Assembly: GCA_000965745.1 (NCBI GenBank)
Contig: CP009479.1
Location: forward strand, 1,888,001 to 1,952,000
Length of the DNA: 64,000 bases
Direction of reading: 5' to 3'
Source: an uncultured archaeon
Lineage (GTDB): Archaea > Thermoplasmatota > Thermoplasmata > Thermoplasmatales > Thermoplasmataceae
A program made the position numbers and the translations under genes. This document shows, one piece after another, positions 1 to 9,085 of this stretch. How positions within the stretch are numbered: the first letter of the stretch is position 1; every line of letters starts with the position of its first letter. The notes below the pieces were generated by a model. The model had not been told where the DNA came from. It saw nothing but the letters and a program-made list of their open reading frames with translations, and ran no database searches.

Positions 1-2793
1 TGTTCCTCTCATGTAGATAGACACAAGCCTGTCCTCCCTGATCAGATCATTTGAAAGGTCAAGTGTCCCGGTGATGGCATAAGGGAAAGGTGAATTTGTC
101 CTGTTCTTGAATGGGTCTATGTATGGAAAATAATGAAGGAAGTCTTCATAAGTATCCCTGTCCTCAATAGTTGGAGCTTTTCTGAAGTAGTAGTTGTCGA
201 TTTCCTTCGGGTCTGAGAATATGAATTTAACCTTTTCAGAGCCGTAGATCTTGTCAAGGATCTTGCTCTGCAGTTCCTTGAGAATCTTGGATCTATCTTC
301 CATTAACACCAGGTCGGACACGCCGGCGAATACAATCCCGAAAGAGAACGGGCTCGTTTCCTTGCTGTAATCCCTTATTGTGTAGTTCCCACCCTCTATT
401 GTGTTTTTGACGTAGTTTCTGGCCCTGGGAACATCCATCATGTCCGTGGTTATCTCATGGTAAGTTTCCTTTATTACAGGAAAATTCTTCATCTTGTCGA
501 GGGTGCTGAGAACCCTGTCGCTTCTCAGCTGCTGCCTGACAACGGATATATCGTAACCCTTGTATTTTCTCAGTACCATAAGGGACCTGGCCGCACAATG
601 CCTGAACCTCTGCTTGAATACCTCAGTGTTTGACAGCGATCTCCTTACAATGTCCTCGAATTCGCCTGATTTTAGAAGCTTCACCTGGTCCTTCAGAGGT
701 ATCTTGGCGGGGGATGTAAGCATAAACCCGTCGTCTGTGACAGTGACCCGGGTGTTGACCTCATAGGTGTTCGAAATAAGATGTGCATAAGCCCTTGAAA
801 GAGCGTCATTAACCCTTCTGCCCAGCGGGATGTGATATATTATGTTGTAAAAGCCGTCCTTGTCAATGAAGCCTTCAATGAGAAGATGCCTGTCCGTGGG
901 TATGTCGAAGTTCTCCTGGGTTCCTATGTAGGAGATCATGCTGTTTGCACCATACTCGTCAAGCCTGTATTCTTCCATTAGCCATTTCTTCACGTCGTCC
1001 CCTTTGTGCATTCGTTCAACGACTTCTTTCCTGAACTCGCCTACGAGAACTCCGAGATCGTAACTCCTCGGAAGCATCTCGCCAGTCCATGAAGGCACGG
1101 TCGGCCTCATTCCGGTTGCATCCTTGACGCTGACACGGTTTCTGTTTATCTTGAGGAACATGTATGTCTTTGCACCTAGAACAAAGATATCGCCTGCTTT
1201 CAACCTCTCAACGAATTTGTCGCTGAGCTGGCCGAGGTGCCTGCCTTTCTCGTTTATTACCTGATAATCGGCTTCTTCAGGTATTGTGCCGATATTCATG
1301 AAGTATATCATGCGGGTACTTCTCTTCTTTCCGAATGTGCCCTCATCCTCGTCAAGCCAGATCTTTGAGTATATTGTGCTGTCCTCGATCTTCCCCCCGA
1401 GGTACCTTAGTGTCTCCATGTAGTCTTCCCTGTCAAGGGTGTGAAATGTGTAGGAATTTCTCACAACCTGGAATGCTTCTTCGATGTTCCAGACTTTTTC
1501 TATGGACATTCCTACTAGGACCTGGGAAAGTACGTCCAGGGAATTGGTTGGGACAACCACCTTGTCGATGTTCTGGTCGTATGCCGCCTTGGTCAGTACC
1601 GCACATTCCATCAGATCGTCAACGTTGAAGACGAGAAAGCGCCCCTTGGAAAGTTCGTCAATGCCATGGCCCGATCTCCCTATTCTTTGCAGGCCTTTGG
1701 AAACGGACTTCGGGCTGTTGATCTGGACAACAAGGTCAATATATCCTATGTCGATGCCCAGTTCAAGTGATGTTGACGTTATGACACACTGGAGTTCCCC
1801 TGCTTTGAGCTTGTTTTCCACTTCGAATCGTGTATCTCTGCCAAGAGACGAATGGTGGGCTTCAATGCTTTCGACCCCACGGGCTTTCAGCCGCATTGCC
1901 ACGTGCTCTGCGCCACTTCTTGTGTTTGTAAAGACAAGAGTGGTTGAATGTTCCTGGATCATTGAAGCCAGCATGTCATACATCTTGTCATTTGCTACTT
2001 CATACTGCGTCTTGGTGAGATCCTGCACAGGGGTGATCGTCTTCAGGTCAAGAAATTTCTTCGTGTCAACGCTGATGATCTCACAGCCTCTCGGTTCGTC
2101 TCCCTCAAATCCCGTGAGGTATGAGGCTATCAGATCAAGAGGAGCCTGAGTTGCTGAAAGGCCTATCCTTACAAACGGTGTTGAAATGCCTGTCAGCCTC
2201 TCCAGATTAACTGAGAGAAGAGCTCCTCTCTTGGTGGCGGATATCTCGTGAATCTCATCCAGGATTACGTATTTCACGTCATAGAATTTTTCCCTGAATT
2301 TAGGGGCGGAAAGCGCAAGGGAAAGAGATTCAGGTGTAGTTATCAGTATATGGGGGGGTTTTCTAAGCATCTTCTGCCTTTCACTCTGAGGAGTATCTCC
2401 AGACCTGACTCCCACCCTTATCTTTGGGTATTTATCGCCCATTTCCTCCACGAGGTTGTAAATCTCCCCCAGTGGCTTTTTCAGATTCTTGTCTATATCG
2501 TTTGCGAGCGCTTTTAGCGGGCTTATGTAAACACAATATATCTTGTCTTCAAGCTTATCCTTTGCAGACATCTTGAAAAGTTCATTGATGATGGTGAGAA
2601 ATCCAGTCATGGTCTTGCCTGTACCTGTAGGGCTCGATACAAGCACATTCTTCATTTTATGTATGAGCGGTATAGCTTTCTTCTGTGGTTCTGTAAGGGA
2701 TGAATACCTGGAGTTGAACCATTTTGCTATTACCGGATCGAGGAATGGTAGTTCGTTCTCGACTTTAAAGGATATCTCTTCAGCGTTTTGCAT
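1..2793 (-). CDS. lhr: Lhr-family ATP-dependent DEAH helicase (3' end outside window)
   Basis: Not in the ORF track because its stop is outside the window. Manual translation from ATG 2793 gives MQNAEEISF...LTEPQKKAIP...SSPTGTGKT (motif I), YISPLKALAND, TTPESL and DEIH. The same frame is still open at position 1. Confidence 0.92.
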   Translation of the reverse strand, partial: MQNAEEISFKVENELPFLDPVIAKWFNSRYSSLTEPQKKAIPLIHKMKNVLVSSPTGTGKTMTGFLTIINELFKMSAKDKLEDKIYCVYISPLKALANDIDKNLKKPLGEIYNLVEEMGDKYPKIRVGVRSGDTPQSERQKMLRKPPHILITTPESLSLALSAPKFREKFYDVKYVILDEIHEISATKRGALLSVNLERLTGISTPFVRIGLSATQAPLDLIASYLTGFEGDEPRGCEIISVDTKKFLDLKTITPVQDLTKTQYEVANDKMYDMLASMIQEHSTTLVFTNTRSGAEHVAMRLKARGVESIEAHHSSLGRDTRFEVENKLKAGELQCVITSTSLELGIDIGYIDLVVQINSPKSVSKGLQRIGRSGHGIDELSKGRFLVFNVDDLMECAVLTKAAYDQNIDKVVVPTNSLDVLSQVLVGMSIEKVWNIEEAFQVVRNSYTFHTLDREDYMETLRYLGGKIEDSTIYSKIWLDEDEGTFGKKRSTRMIYFMNIGTIPEEADYQVINEKGRHLGQLSDKFVERLKAGDIFVLGAKTYMFLKINRNRVSVKDATGMRPTVPSWTGEMLPRSYDLGVLVGEFRKEVVERMHKGDDVKKWLMEEYRLDEYGANSMISYIGTQENFDIPTDRHLLIEGFIDKDGFYNIIYHIPLGRRVNDALSRAYAHLISNTYEVNTRVTVTDDGFMLTSPAKIPLKDQVKLLKSGEFEDIVRRSLSNTEVFKQRFRHCAARSLMVLRKYKGYDISVVRQQLRSDRVLSTLDKMKNFPVIKETYHEITTDMMDVPRARNYVKNTIEGGNYTIRDYSKETSPFSFGIVFAGVSDLVLMEDRSKILKELQSKILDKIYGSEKVKFIFSDPKEIDNYYFRKAPTIEDRDTYEDFLHYFPYIDPFKNRTNSPFPYAITGTLDLSNDLIREDRLVSIYMRGT

Positions 2794-2865
2794 TTAGATA
2801 ATCTTGAGCATAGCTCTTGAACATATTTAACTATTTTGAGGAATTGCAGGCGCAATATTTACAGT

Positions 2866-3990
2866 TTAAGGTGAAGGCTGTCTCCATTCCATTGTTCTGC
2901 CGTAGCTGTACCTTCCAAGGTTGCGGAGCACCCTGTCATAGCTTCTGTTGCCTGAATCTTTCAGTACCTCCCTGTAGAAGGATGTCACTAGGTCATAATC
3001 CCCCACGTTGACCGGTTTAGGTATGCCGTCCTTTCCCCCCAATGCAAAGGAATATTTTATCGGGTCCTCGTAAGACGGCGATTCGCCATAGATAAGCTCT
3101 GCCATGTACGAAACAGCTCTCATAGCAGATTTCCCGACGCCGTGGAAGTGCATCAGATCCTCGAAGCCGTCGGGTTGATACTCGTATATTGACCTGAGAA
3201 GTTTCCAGTTTACCCTTACATTCATGTCGAGGCTTTTTTCGGCGCCTGAGAAATTCTCCAGAGTCCTTTGTGGCCCTCTAGCTATCCTCCCCCTGTAGCT
3301 TCCGGGATTTTCCCTTACAAGTTCTACCATAAGACCCCTGTTGTTAATGCTGTCCTTCGTTGAAAGGTTCAAGGGCTTTTCAACCCGTTTCTCAGCCGAT
3401 ATCCCATTCCTCCCATCATTGAGCAAGTCCAGGCCAGAACCATTTATCCAGTGGTATCTTCTGGCCATGCGTATTTCCTGGTTCATGCCCTGCTGTACTA
3501 TAACCCAGTTCCCCTTTCTGTCAATTATGATGAAGTGCATGTAGAGATCGAAAGTGTCCTGCAGGAGATCCTGATCCACTTTCGCTATCCTCCTGCTCGT
3601 TTTCTTTATGCGTTCTGCTTCTGAATCCCGAAGAATGCCGTCTCCAACAACCCTGTTGAGCTCATTGGAAATTTCAGACATGCGTTTTCCCTTTCCGCCG
3701 AGTATCATTACGTCCCGGCTGTGGTCGGAATAGTATTCCTTCAGTGCACTGAGAGTTGCAGTAGTTGTTCCACTGGAATTCCAGTCAAAACCAGTTGCCA
3801 GTGAGAGGGAGTGGAACCAGAAAGGGTCCGCCAGATTATCGAGGTATTTTCTCACCCCGAACTTTTGTATTATCAGGTCACTGATGATTCCCCCCAATTC
3901 CACCATTCTCTTGAATAGGTACTCAGGTGGCTTCCCGTAATGAAGTGGCAAATTGGCGGTTCCTTTTCTGTCCATATCCACCTTGGCCAT
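2866..3990 (-). CDS. DUF763 family protein
   Basis: Family motifs LPLHYGKPP, DPFWF...GFDWNSSGTT, QQGMN, ARRYHW and DPIKYSFALGGKDGIP. Confidence 0.88.
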   Translation of the reverse strand: MAKVDMDRKGTANLPLHYGKPPEYLFKRMVELGGIISDLIIQKFGVRKYLDNLADPFWFHSLSLATGFDWNSSGTTTATLSALKEYYSDHSRDVMILGGKGKRMSEISNELNRVVGDGILRDSEAERIKKTSRRIAKVDQDLLQDTFDLYMHFIIIDRKGNWVIVQQGMNQEIRMARRYHWINGSGLDLLNDGRNGISAEKRVEKPLNLSTKDSINNRGLMVELVRENPGSYRGRIARGPQRTLENFSGAEKSLDMNVRVNWKLLRSIYEYQPDGFEDLMHFHGVGKSAMRAVSYMAELIYGESPSYEDPIKYSFALGGKDGIPKPVNVGDYDLVTSFYREVLKDSGNRSYDRVLRNLGRYSYGRTMEWRQPSP

Positions 3991-4158
3991 TCCTGTATCA
4001 TTATAGTATTTTCTGGAAACAGCTATGCAATGTTCGGACCCGGAGAATAAGCGTCGGATCGTGGTGCATTTCAGGTGTTACGGAATCAGAATCTTGCACA
4101 ATACATATATTAGTACCTTTCAATACTTGTCTAGTAGAAATCCGCATAGAAGGTCGAA

Positions 4159-5457
4159 ATGATGAAAGGATCAGCAAAAGTGGGAACCGCAAACTTTAAT
4201 GAGAAAGATATCCGATCAGTATTGAAGCGTTATCTGGAGGTAAGAGAATACACTGAAAGCCTCTGCAAGGGATTGAAGACCGAGGACTACGTGGTCCAGT
4301 CCAGCTTCGAGGTAAGCCCCATAAAATGGCATCTTGCCCATACAACCTGGTTCTTTGAGACTTTTATTCTCAAACCGTATAAAACTAGATTCCATCCTTT
4401 TAATGATGCATTTGACTACCTGTTCAATTCCTATTATGAAACAGTCGGTCAATATTTCCCCAAGGGGATGAGAGGGACCCTCTCAAGACCAACTGTTGAT
4501 GAAGTCTTCTCCTACAGGAAATTCGTGGACGAAAACGTAATCTCAATTGCTGATCAGGAAAACCTGCCTGATGAGATCACGCAGCGGTTGATCATTGGAA
4601 TAAACCATGAGCAGCAGCACGAAGAGCTGATGCTGATGGATCTGAAGTACAACTTTTACAGAAACCCCCTAAAGCCGGAATATGCCCCGTATAAACCCTA
4701 CGAAGGGCCAAAGCCACCAGAACTTACATGGCTTGAATTTGAGGGAGGGATAGTTGAGATCGGCCATGATTCCGATGAATTCGCCTTCGACAACGAATCC
4801 CCAAGGCACAAGGCATACCTTGAACCCTACAGAATAGCTTCAAGGCTTGTGACAAACGGTGAGTACCTTGAGTTCATGGAGGCCGGCGGATATTCCGACC
4901 CCAAGCTGTGGCTTTCTGAGGGGTGGCACAAGATAAACAGCGATAAATGGAGAGCCCCTTTGTACTGGGATGAAAAGAAGGACGGTTGGTATGTTTTCAC
5001 GCTTTCTGGTGAGCGGAAGATGGACCCGGAGGAGCCGGTCAGCCATGTCAGCTTCTACGAAGCCTTGGCGTATGCTAACTGGAAAGGAAAGCGGCTTCCC
5101 ACTGAAGAGGAGTGGGAGCATGCCATGCGTGATGTTGATCAATCTCCTGGCGATAACTTTGCAGAAACGTGCTATTTAAGGCCAGTTCCACCATCGGTTT
5201 CAGGAAAGAAGATCCTCCAGGGTTTCGGAGACCTTTGGGAATGGACTTATAGTTCATACATGCCATATCCGGGAACAAGGGCACTGCCTGGTTCGCTTGG
5301 GGAGTACAATATTAAATTCATGGCTAACCAGATGGTGCTTAGGGGAGGGGCATGTGTTACCCCTCAATCCCACATAAGAAGAACATACAGGAATTTCTTC
5401 CACCTCGGTGAAAGATGGCCGTTTACTGGTATAAGACTTGCAGAGGATCTTTCATGA
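4159..5457 (+). CDS. egtB: Ergothioneine biosynthesis sulfoxide synthase EgtB
   Basis: DinB-like N-terminus with SPIKWHLAHTTWFFE, FNSYY and the HEQQHEE iron motif. FGE-sulfatase C-domain with FDNESPRH, RLPTEEEWE, GEYNIKFM and LRGG. Confidence 0.93.
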   Translation: MMKGSAKVGTANFNEKDIRSVLKRYLEVREYTESLCKGLKTEDYVVQSSFEVSPIKWHLAHTTWFFETFILKPYKTRFHPFNDAFDYLFNSYYETVGQYFPKGMRGTLSRPTVDEVFSYRKFVDENVISIADQENLPDEITQRLIIGINHEQQHEELMLMDLKYNFYRNPLKPEYAPYKPYEGPKPPELTWLEFEGGIVEIGHDSDEFAFDNESPRHKAYLEPYRIASRLVTNGEYLEFMEAGGYSDPKLWLSEGWHKINSDKWRAPLYWDEKKDGWYVFTLSGERKMDPEEPVSHVSFYEALAYANWKGKRLPTEEEWEHAMRDVDQSPGDNFAETCYLRPVPPSVSGKKILQGFGDLWEWTYSSYMPYPGTRALPGSLGEYNIKFMANQMVLRGGACVTPQSHIRRTYRNFFHLGERWPFTGIRLAEDLS

Positions 5458-6413
5458 CTGCCGAAAACGTTGAATTCATTGACATGAAGCCTGAATTGGC
5501 CAGTTTCAGGGATGAAGTCCTCCAAGGCCTTTCCAAAAACCCTAAGAGAATTCCTCCCAAATTTTTTTACGATGACCGCGGGTCAGAGCTTTTTGTGAAG
5601 ATTACACGTACCCCGGAGTATTATGTTACCAGGACAGAGGAGGAAATTCTTGGAAAGTTTGGTGAGGAAATATCGGAAACCATTGGCAAGGGCACTTTCG
5701 TGATTGAGTATGGCAGCGGGAACAGCGAGAAGACCAGCATGCTGATTTCTTCACTGGATTCGCCTTTCGCATATGTCCTTATTGATATTTCGTCCGATGC
5801 GGTCAGAAATTCAGCAGACTTACTGTCTTCAAGATTCCCGGACCTGAAAATAATCTCTATCTGTGCTGACTATCTGAGAATGCATGAAATACCAGAGCAG
5901 GACCCCAACAGGAAAAAGGTGATAGTTTTTCTAGGCTCCACAATTGGAAACTTCGAGCCGGACGATGCCAAAGGGTTCCTGGAGCTGGTTCAGAGTGAGC
6001 TTAATGACGGAGATGGCATGCTTGTAGGCGTGGACCTTCGGAAGGATGTTAAAACGCTTAACGCGGCATACAATGATTCTGAAGGATATACCGCCAGGTT
6101 CAACCTGAACCTTCTGCGAAGGATTGGTAAAGAGCTGGAAACTGACATCAATCCTGAGAAATTTGCCCATAAAGCATATTACAACAGGGAACTAGGGCGG
6201 ATAGAAATGCACCTTGTAAGCCTGGAAAATCAGGAAGTCATGATAGAGGGCATGAAATTCCGCTTCGACAGGGGAGAAACAATCCATACAGAAAGTTCCT
6301 ACAAATATACTGTCGAGGACTTTTCAAGACTTGCCGAAAAGTCCGGGCTGAAAGTGAAAAAGAACTGGCAGGATTCCAGGGGATACTTCAGCCTTCTCTA
6401 CCTTACTAAGTGA
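5454..6413 (+). CDS. egtD: L-histidine N-alpha-trimethyltransferase EgtD
   Basis: Motifs PKFFYDDRGSELF..IT..PEYYVTRTE, EYGSG, FLGSTIGNF, AAYND, FNLNLL, RIEMHL and ETIHTESSYKY. Its ATG overlaps the egtB stop (ATGA). Confidence 0.93.
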   Translation: MTAENVEFIDMKPELASFRDEVLQGLSKNPKRIPPKFFYDDRGSELFVKITRTPEYYVTRTEEEILGKFGEEISETIGKGTFVIEYGSGNSEKTSMLISSLDSPFAYVLIDISSDAVRNSADLLSSRFPDLKIISICADYLRMHEIPEQDPNRKKVIVFLGSTIGNFEPDDAKGFLELVQSELNDGDGMLVGVDLRKDVKTLNAAYNDSEGYTARFNLNLLRRIGKELETDINPEKFAHKAYYNRELGRIEMHLVSLENQEVMIEGMKFRFDRGETIHTESSYKYTVEDFSRLAEKSGLKVKKNWQDSRGYFSLLYLTK

Positions 6414-6435
6414 TTTATTATCTAAAAAAGGTAGT

Positions 6436-6636
6436 TCAGGATTTCTCTTCCTTGGGTTTCTGTTCTTCCTCTTTTTCTACCTTCTTTCCTTTCTTAATCT
6501 CTGTGTAGCCACAATTTCCGCATGAGTACCTGTTTTCGTGCTCTGCGAGGAAAACGCCAGGGCCGCACCTTGGGCAGAATCTCCTCTGCCTCACTATCTT
6601 CTCTCCTTCAACCGCGTAAAGTTCCCTCTTCATCAT
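6436..6636 (-). CDS. rps27ae: 30S ribosomal protein S27ae
   Basis: [24 protein letters not shown] zinc ribbon in the conserved operon position. Confidence 0.95.
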   Translation of the reverse strand: MMKRELYAVEGEKIVRQRRFCPRCGPGVFLAEHENRYSCGNCGYTEIKKGKKVEKEEEQKPKEEKS

Positions 6637-6941
6637 TCTGCCTCAGCCTCCTCCTTTATCTTGAGCCCGTTCCTGTAAAGCTCATAGTCTGGTTCGTAGA
6701 GCATTGCACTTTCCTTGTCGGAATAAACCTTCGAATATCCATTCATCTCGTGTTTTCCGGACTGCTGCACGTTGTTATCTACAATTATCAGCTCCTTGTT
6801 TACCCCAAGGTTTTTGGCGAGAAGGTCCCTTATCTGTTCCCTCTTTGGTGTCGACTCATTTCCAAACAGGACTTTATACCTGATTTCCTTTCTCTTCAGC
6901 AGTTTGTTGTCCCTGGTTTCCTCAATCTTCAATTCGCTCAT
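6633..6941 (-). CDS. rps24e: 30S ribosomal protein S24e
   Basis: NKLLKRKEI and TPKREQIR motifs; operon context. Confidence 0.93.
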   Translation of the reverse strand: MSELKIEETRDNKLLKRKEIRYKVLFGNESTPKREQIRDLLAKNLGVNKELIIVDNNVQQSGKHEMNGYSKVYSDKESAMLYEPDYELYRNGLKIKEEAEAE

Positions 6942-7441
6942 TCTTCTTCCATCCTTTTTACGAGATCCTTAGCGTATTCCTTTGTATTCTCGTCGATCTC
7001 AATGCAGGCCATCCCTTTATTGGGAACGCCGTATACTACGACTGTATTTAAATCTGAATAAAAAATTATTGGTATCACTGCCAGATCTTCCTCACCGTCA
7101 ACCTCGATCCTGGTCTTACGACCCTTCTTCAGGCTCTCTTCAACGTGCCTGAACAACTCTGCTGTCAAGGTAGCTGCAGGATTTCTGACATGAATTGAGC
7201 CTTCAACGTGCGGAAAAATGCCATCCTCTTTCCGCTGCGTCTTGAGATCCACTATTTCAAGCAGGAGAGGTACTCCCGCTTTGTTAAGATTCCCGGCAGT
7301 AACATCACCCACTGCCACGATTTTCTTTGTTCGGGCAAGGTGCGACACCTCTTCCAGCGTGCACATCCTCGCCTTGTATGAAGATATTTCTTCCCTTATC
7401 TCTTCACTGACCCTGAGGTCACTGCCTGACTTTGATTGCAT
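6938..7441 (-). CDS. GTP-dependent dephospho-CoA kinase (DUF359)
   Basis: [25 protein letters not shown] and YGVPNKG motifs; usual position between spt4 and rps24e. Confidence 0.88.
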   Translation of the reverse strand: MQSKSGSDLRVSEEIREEISSYKARMCTLEEVSHLARTKKIVAVGDVTAGNLNKAGVPLLLEIVDLKTQRKEDGIFPHVEGSIHVRNPAATLTAELFRHVEESLKKGRKTRIEVDGEEDLAVIPIIFYSDLNTVVVYGVPNKGMACIEIDENTKEYAKDLVKRMEEE

Positions 7442-7613
7442 ACATACCAGGCATTTCAGTTCCTGCGCGCTCAGAAATGGAAGATACCTTTGTTTCCACT
7501 ATGTAAATGAAACCCATCCACTCCGTTGTGGTCTTTTCATCTCCGTGTATAGGGCAGATTTTTTCAGTTGTTATCCTCTTGCATTTCTTGCATGCCCTGT
7601 AAATTTCCTTCAT
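7419..7613 (-). CDS. spt4: Transcription elongation factor Spt4 (RpoE'')
   Basis: ACKKCKRI..CPIHG zinc ribbon and [10 protein letters not shown]-terminus. Confidence 0.92.
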   Translation of the reverse strand: MKEIYRACKKCKRITTEKICPIHGDEKTTTEWMGFIYIVETKVSSISERAGTEMPGMYAIKVRQ

Positions 7614-7622
7614 TTTTCACAC

Positions 7623-8210
7623 CTAAGTTTCTACCTTCTTTTTTTCCCGGAGCCATTCCAGTTTTCCGAGTCCCATCTGCTTCATGGTAAGGCCGATTTT
7701 GCTGTCCCTGATGGACGATGATGACAGGTTAAGGGCAACTATTTTCACCCTGACTTTGTCCCCTACCTTGATGTCTCTTTTAGTATCCTTGCCGATAAAC
7801 CTCATGTTGGCGAGATCGACATCAATCCTGTCATCCATTATCTGGCTTATGTGGAGAAGCCCGTCAAATGAGCTGAATCTGACAAAAGCTCCAAAGTTCT
7901 GTACTGATACTACCACTCCCTCAATGATCTCATGCATTTCAGGGTAGAAGCCAAGGGCTTTAAACTTAACAGACTGGTACACTCCACCATCTCCATGAAC
8001 AATTGCTCCTTCTCCGACAAGATCCACGTCCACGATGGATATAACCAGGCATTTCCCGATGTTCTTCCCCTCGATCTCCTCGCTCTGGACATCGAGCAGC
8101 CTCCCTTCTAATGAGTCTTTCGTTACCTGTGTTACAGATCTTGAATAATCATCACCCAGTAGTTCCGGTGGAATTCTTGCTATATATTCATCCTCAACCA
8201 TTACGAACAT
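7623..8210 (-). CDS. rpoE: DNA-directed RNA polymerase subunit E' (Rpo7)
   Basis: GDGGVY, S1 domain FGAFV...DGLLHISQIMDD, and IGLTMKQMGLGKLEW. Confidence 0.95.
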   Translation of the reverse strand: MFVMVEDEYIARIPPELLGDDYSRSVTQVTKDSLEGRLLDVQSEEIEGKNIGKCLVISIVDVDLVGEGAIVHGDGGVYQSVKFKALGFYPEMHEIIEGVVVSVQNFGAFVRFSSFDGLLHISQIMDDRIDVDLANMRFIGKDTKRDIKVGDKVRVKIVALNLSSSSIRDSKIGLTMKQMGLGKLEWLREKKKVET

Positions 8211-8454
8211 TTTATATATCCCCTGCCTGAAGGAAATACGTCAGATCATCCCAATTCAACCAGCTCCTGAAAACACACCAGCTTCAGTCCCGCGGGCATC
8301 ACTATGTGGATTTTTCAGGCGTTTATCAGGGATGACGTATGATCAACAGACAACCTAGCCAGCAGATATGCTTAGCAGATCGATCGTTGTGCCTTAATTA
8401 AAAAAGAATTATTAATATTATGGTAAGAAGTGAGGGAAACTAACATGTTGCGAG

Positions 8455-9006
8455 TTAATCTTTGACATACTTGTGAATGTAATGGTGGCTGAACTCCATC
8501 CTTTCAACAAATCTGAAGCCTCTTGAAGTAAACTTATTCATTAACTCTTCCTCTGAAATCCTAATGTGTTCAGGTGGACCCAGATCAAGTGTTCCTTTCT
8601 TGAATTCTATCAGTATGATCTCCAGATTTTCCTCGTTGACGGCTGCAAATCTTTCTACAAGGTCATCTCTGCAAGGGATGTCGTGGAATGTGTTAGAAAA
8701 GAATGCCTTGTTGTATCCATCAAAGTGAAATTCATCGCAGGCATCCTGCTGCACAACTTCTACATTTGACACACTATGTTCGTTCATTCTTCTCTTAAGC
8801 AGGTCAGTACCCCGTTTATCAATTTCAAGGGAGATAACTTTCCCCCCGTTGAGTTTTTCCGCAAAATTCACGCTGTAGAATCCGTCTCCTGCCCCGATGT
8901 CCAATATCACATCAGTCCCATGCGGATTGACAAATTCCTCAACCTTCCTGTATGGGATCAGTTTTTCCCTTAGTTCAGCAACATGCTCATAGTCAAACTG
9001 GTGCAT
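8455..9006 (-). CDS. Class I SAM-dependent methyltransferase
   Basis: ILDIGAGDG motif I and GPPEHIRIS motif. Confidence 0.85.
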   Translation of the reverse strand: MHQFDYEHVAELREKLIPYRKVEEFVNPHGTDVILDIGAGDGFYSVNFAEKLNGGKVISLEIDKRGTDLLKRRMNEHSVSNVEVVQQDACDEFHFDGYNKAFFSNTFHDIPCRDDLVERFAAVNEENLEIILIEFKKGTLDLGPPEHIRISEEELMNKFTSRGFRFVERMEFSHHYIHKYVKD

Positions 9007-9085
9007 CGCGTCCCCATATTCAGAAAGGTATTAGGATTTCCTACTCAGAAAGAAGTATAATAAGCCCAGTTCAATCTTAGACTCG

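Noticed and set aside
560-2797. Several plus-strand ORFs (e.g. 1484-2149)
   Set aside because: They are antisense shadows of the minus-strand Lhr gene. The same holds for most short overlapping ORFs in the track.
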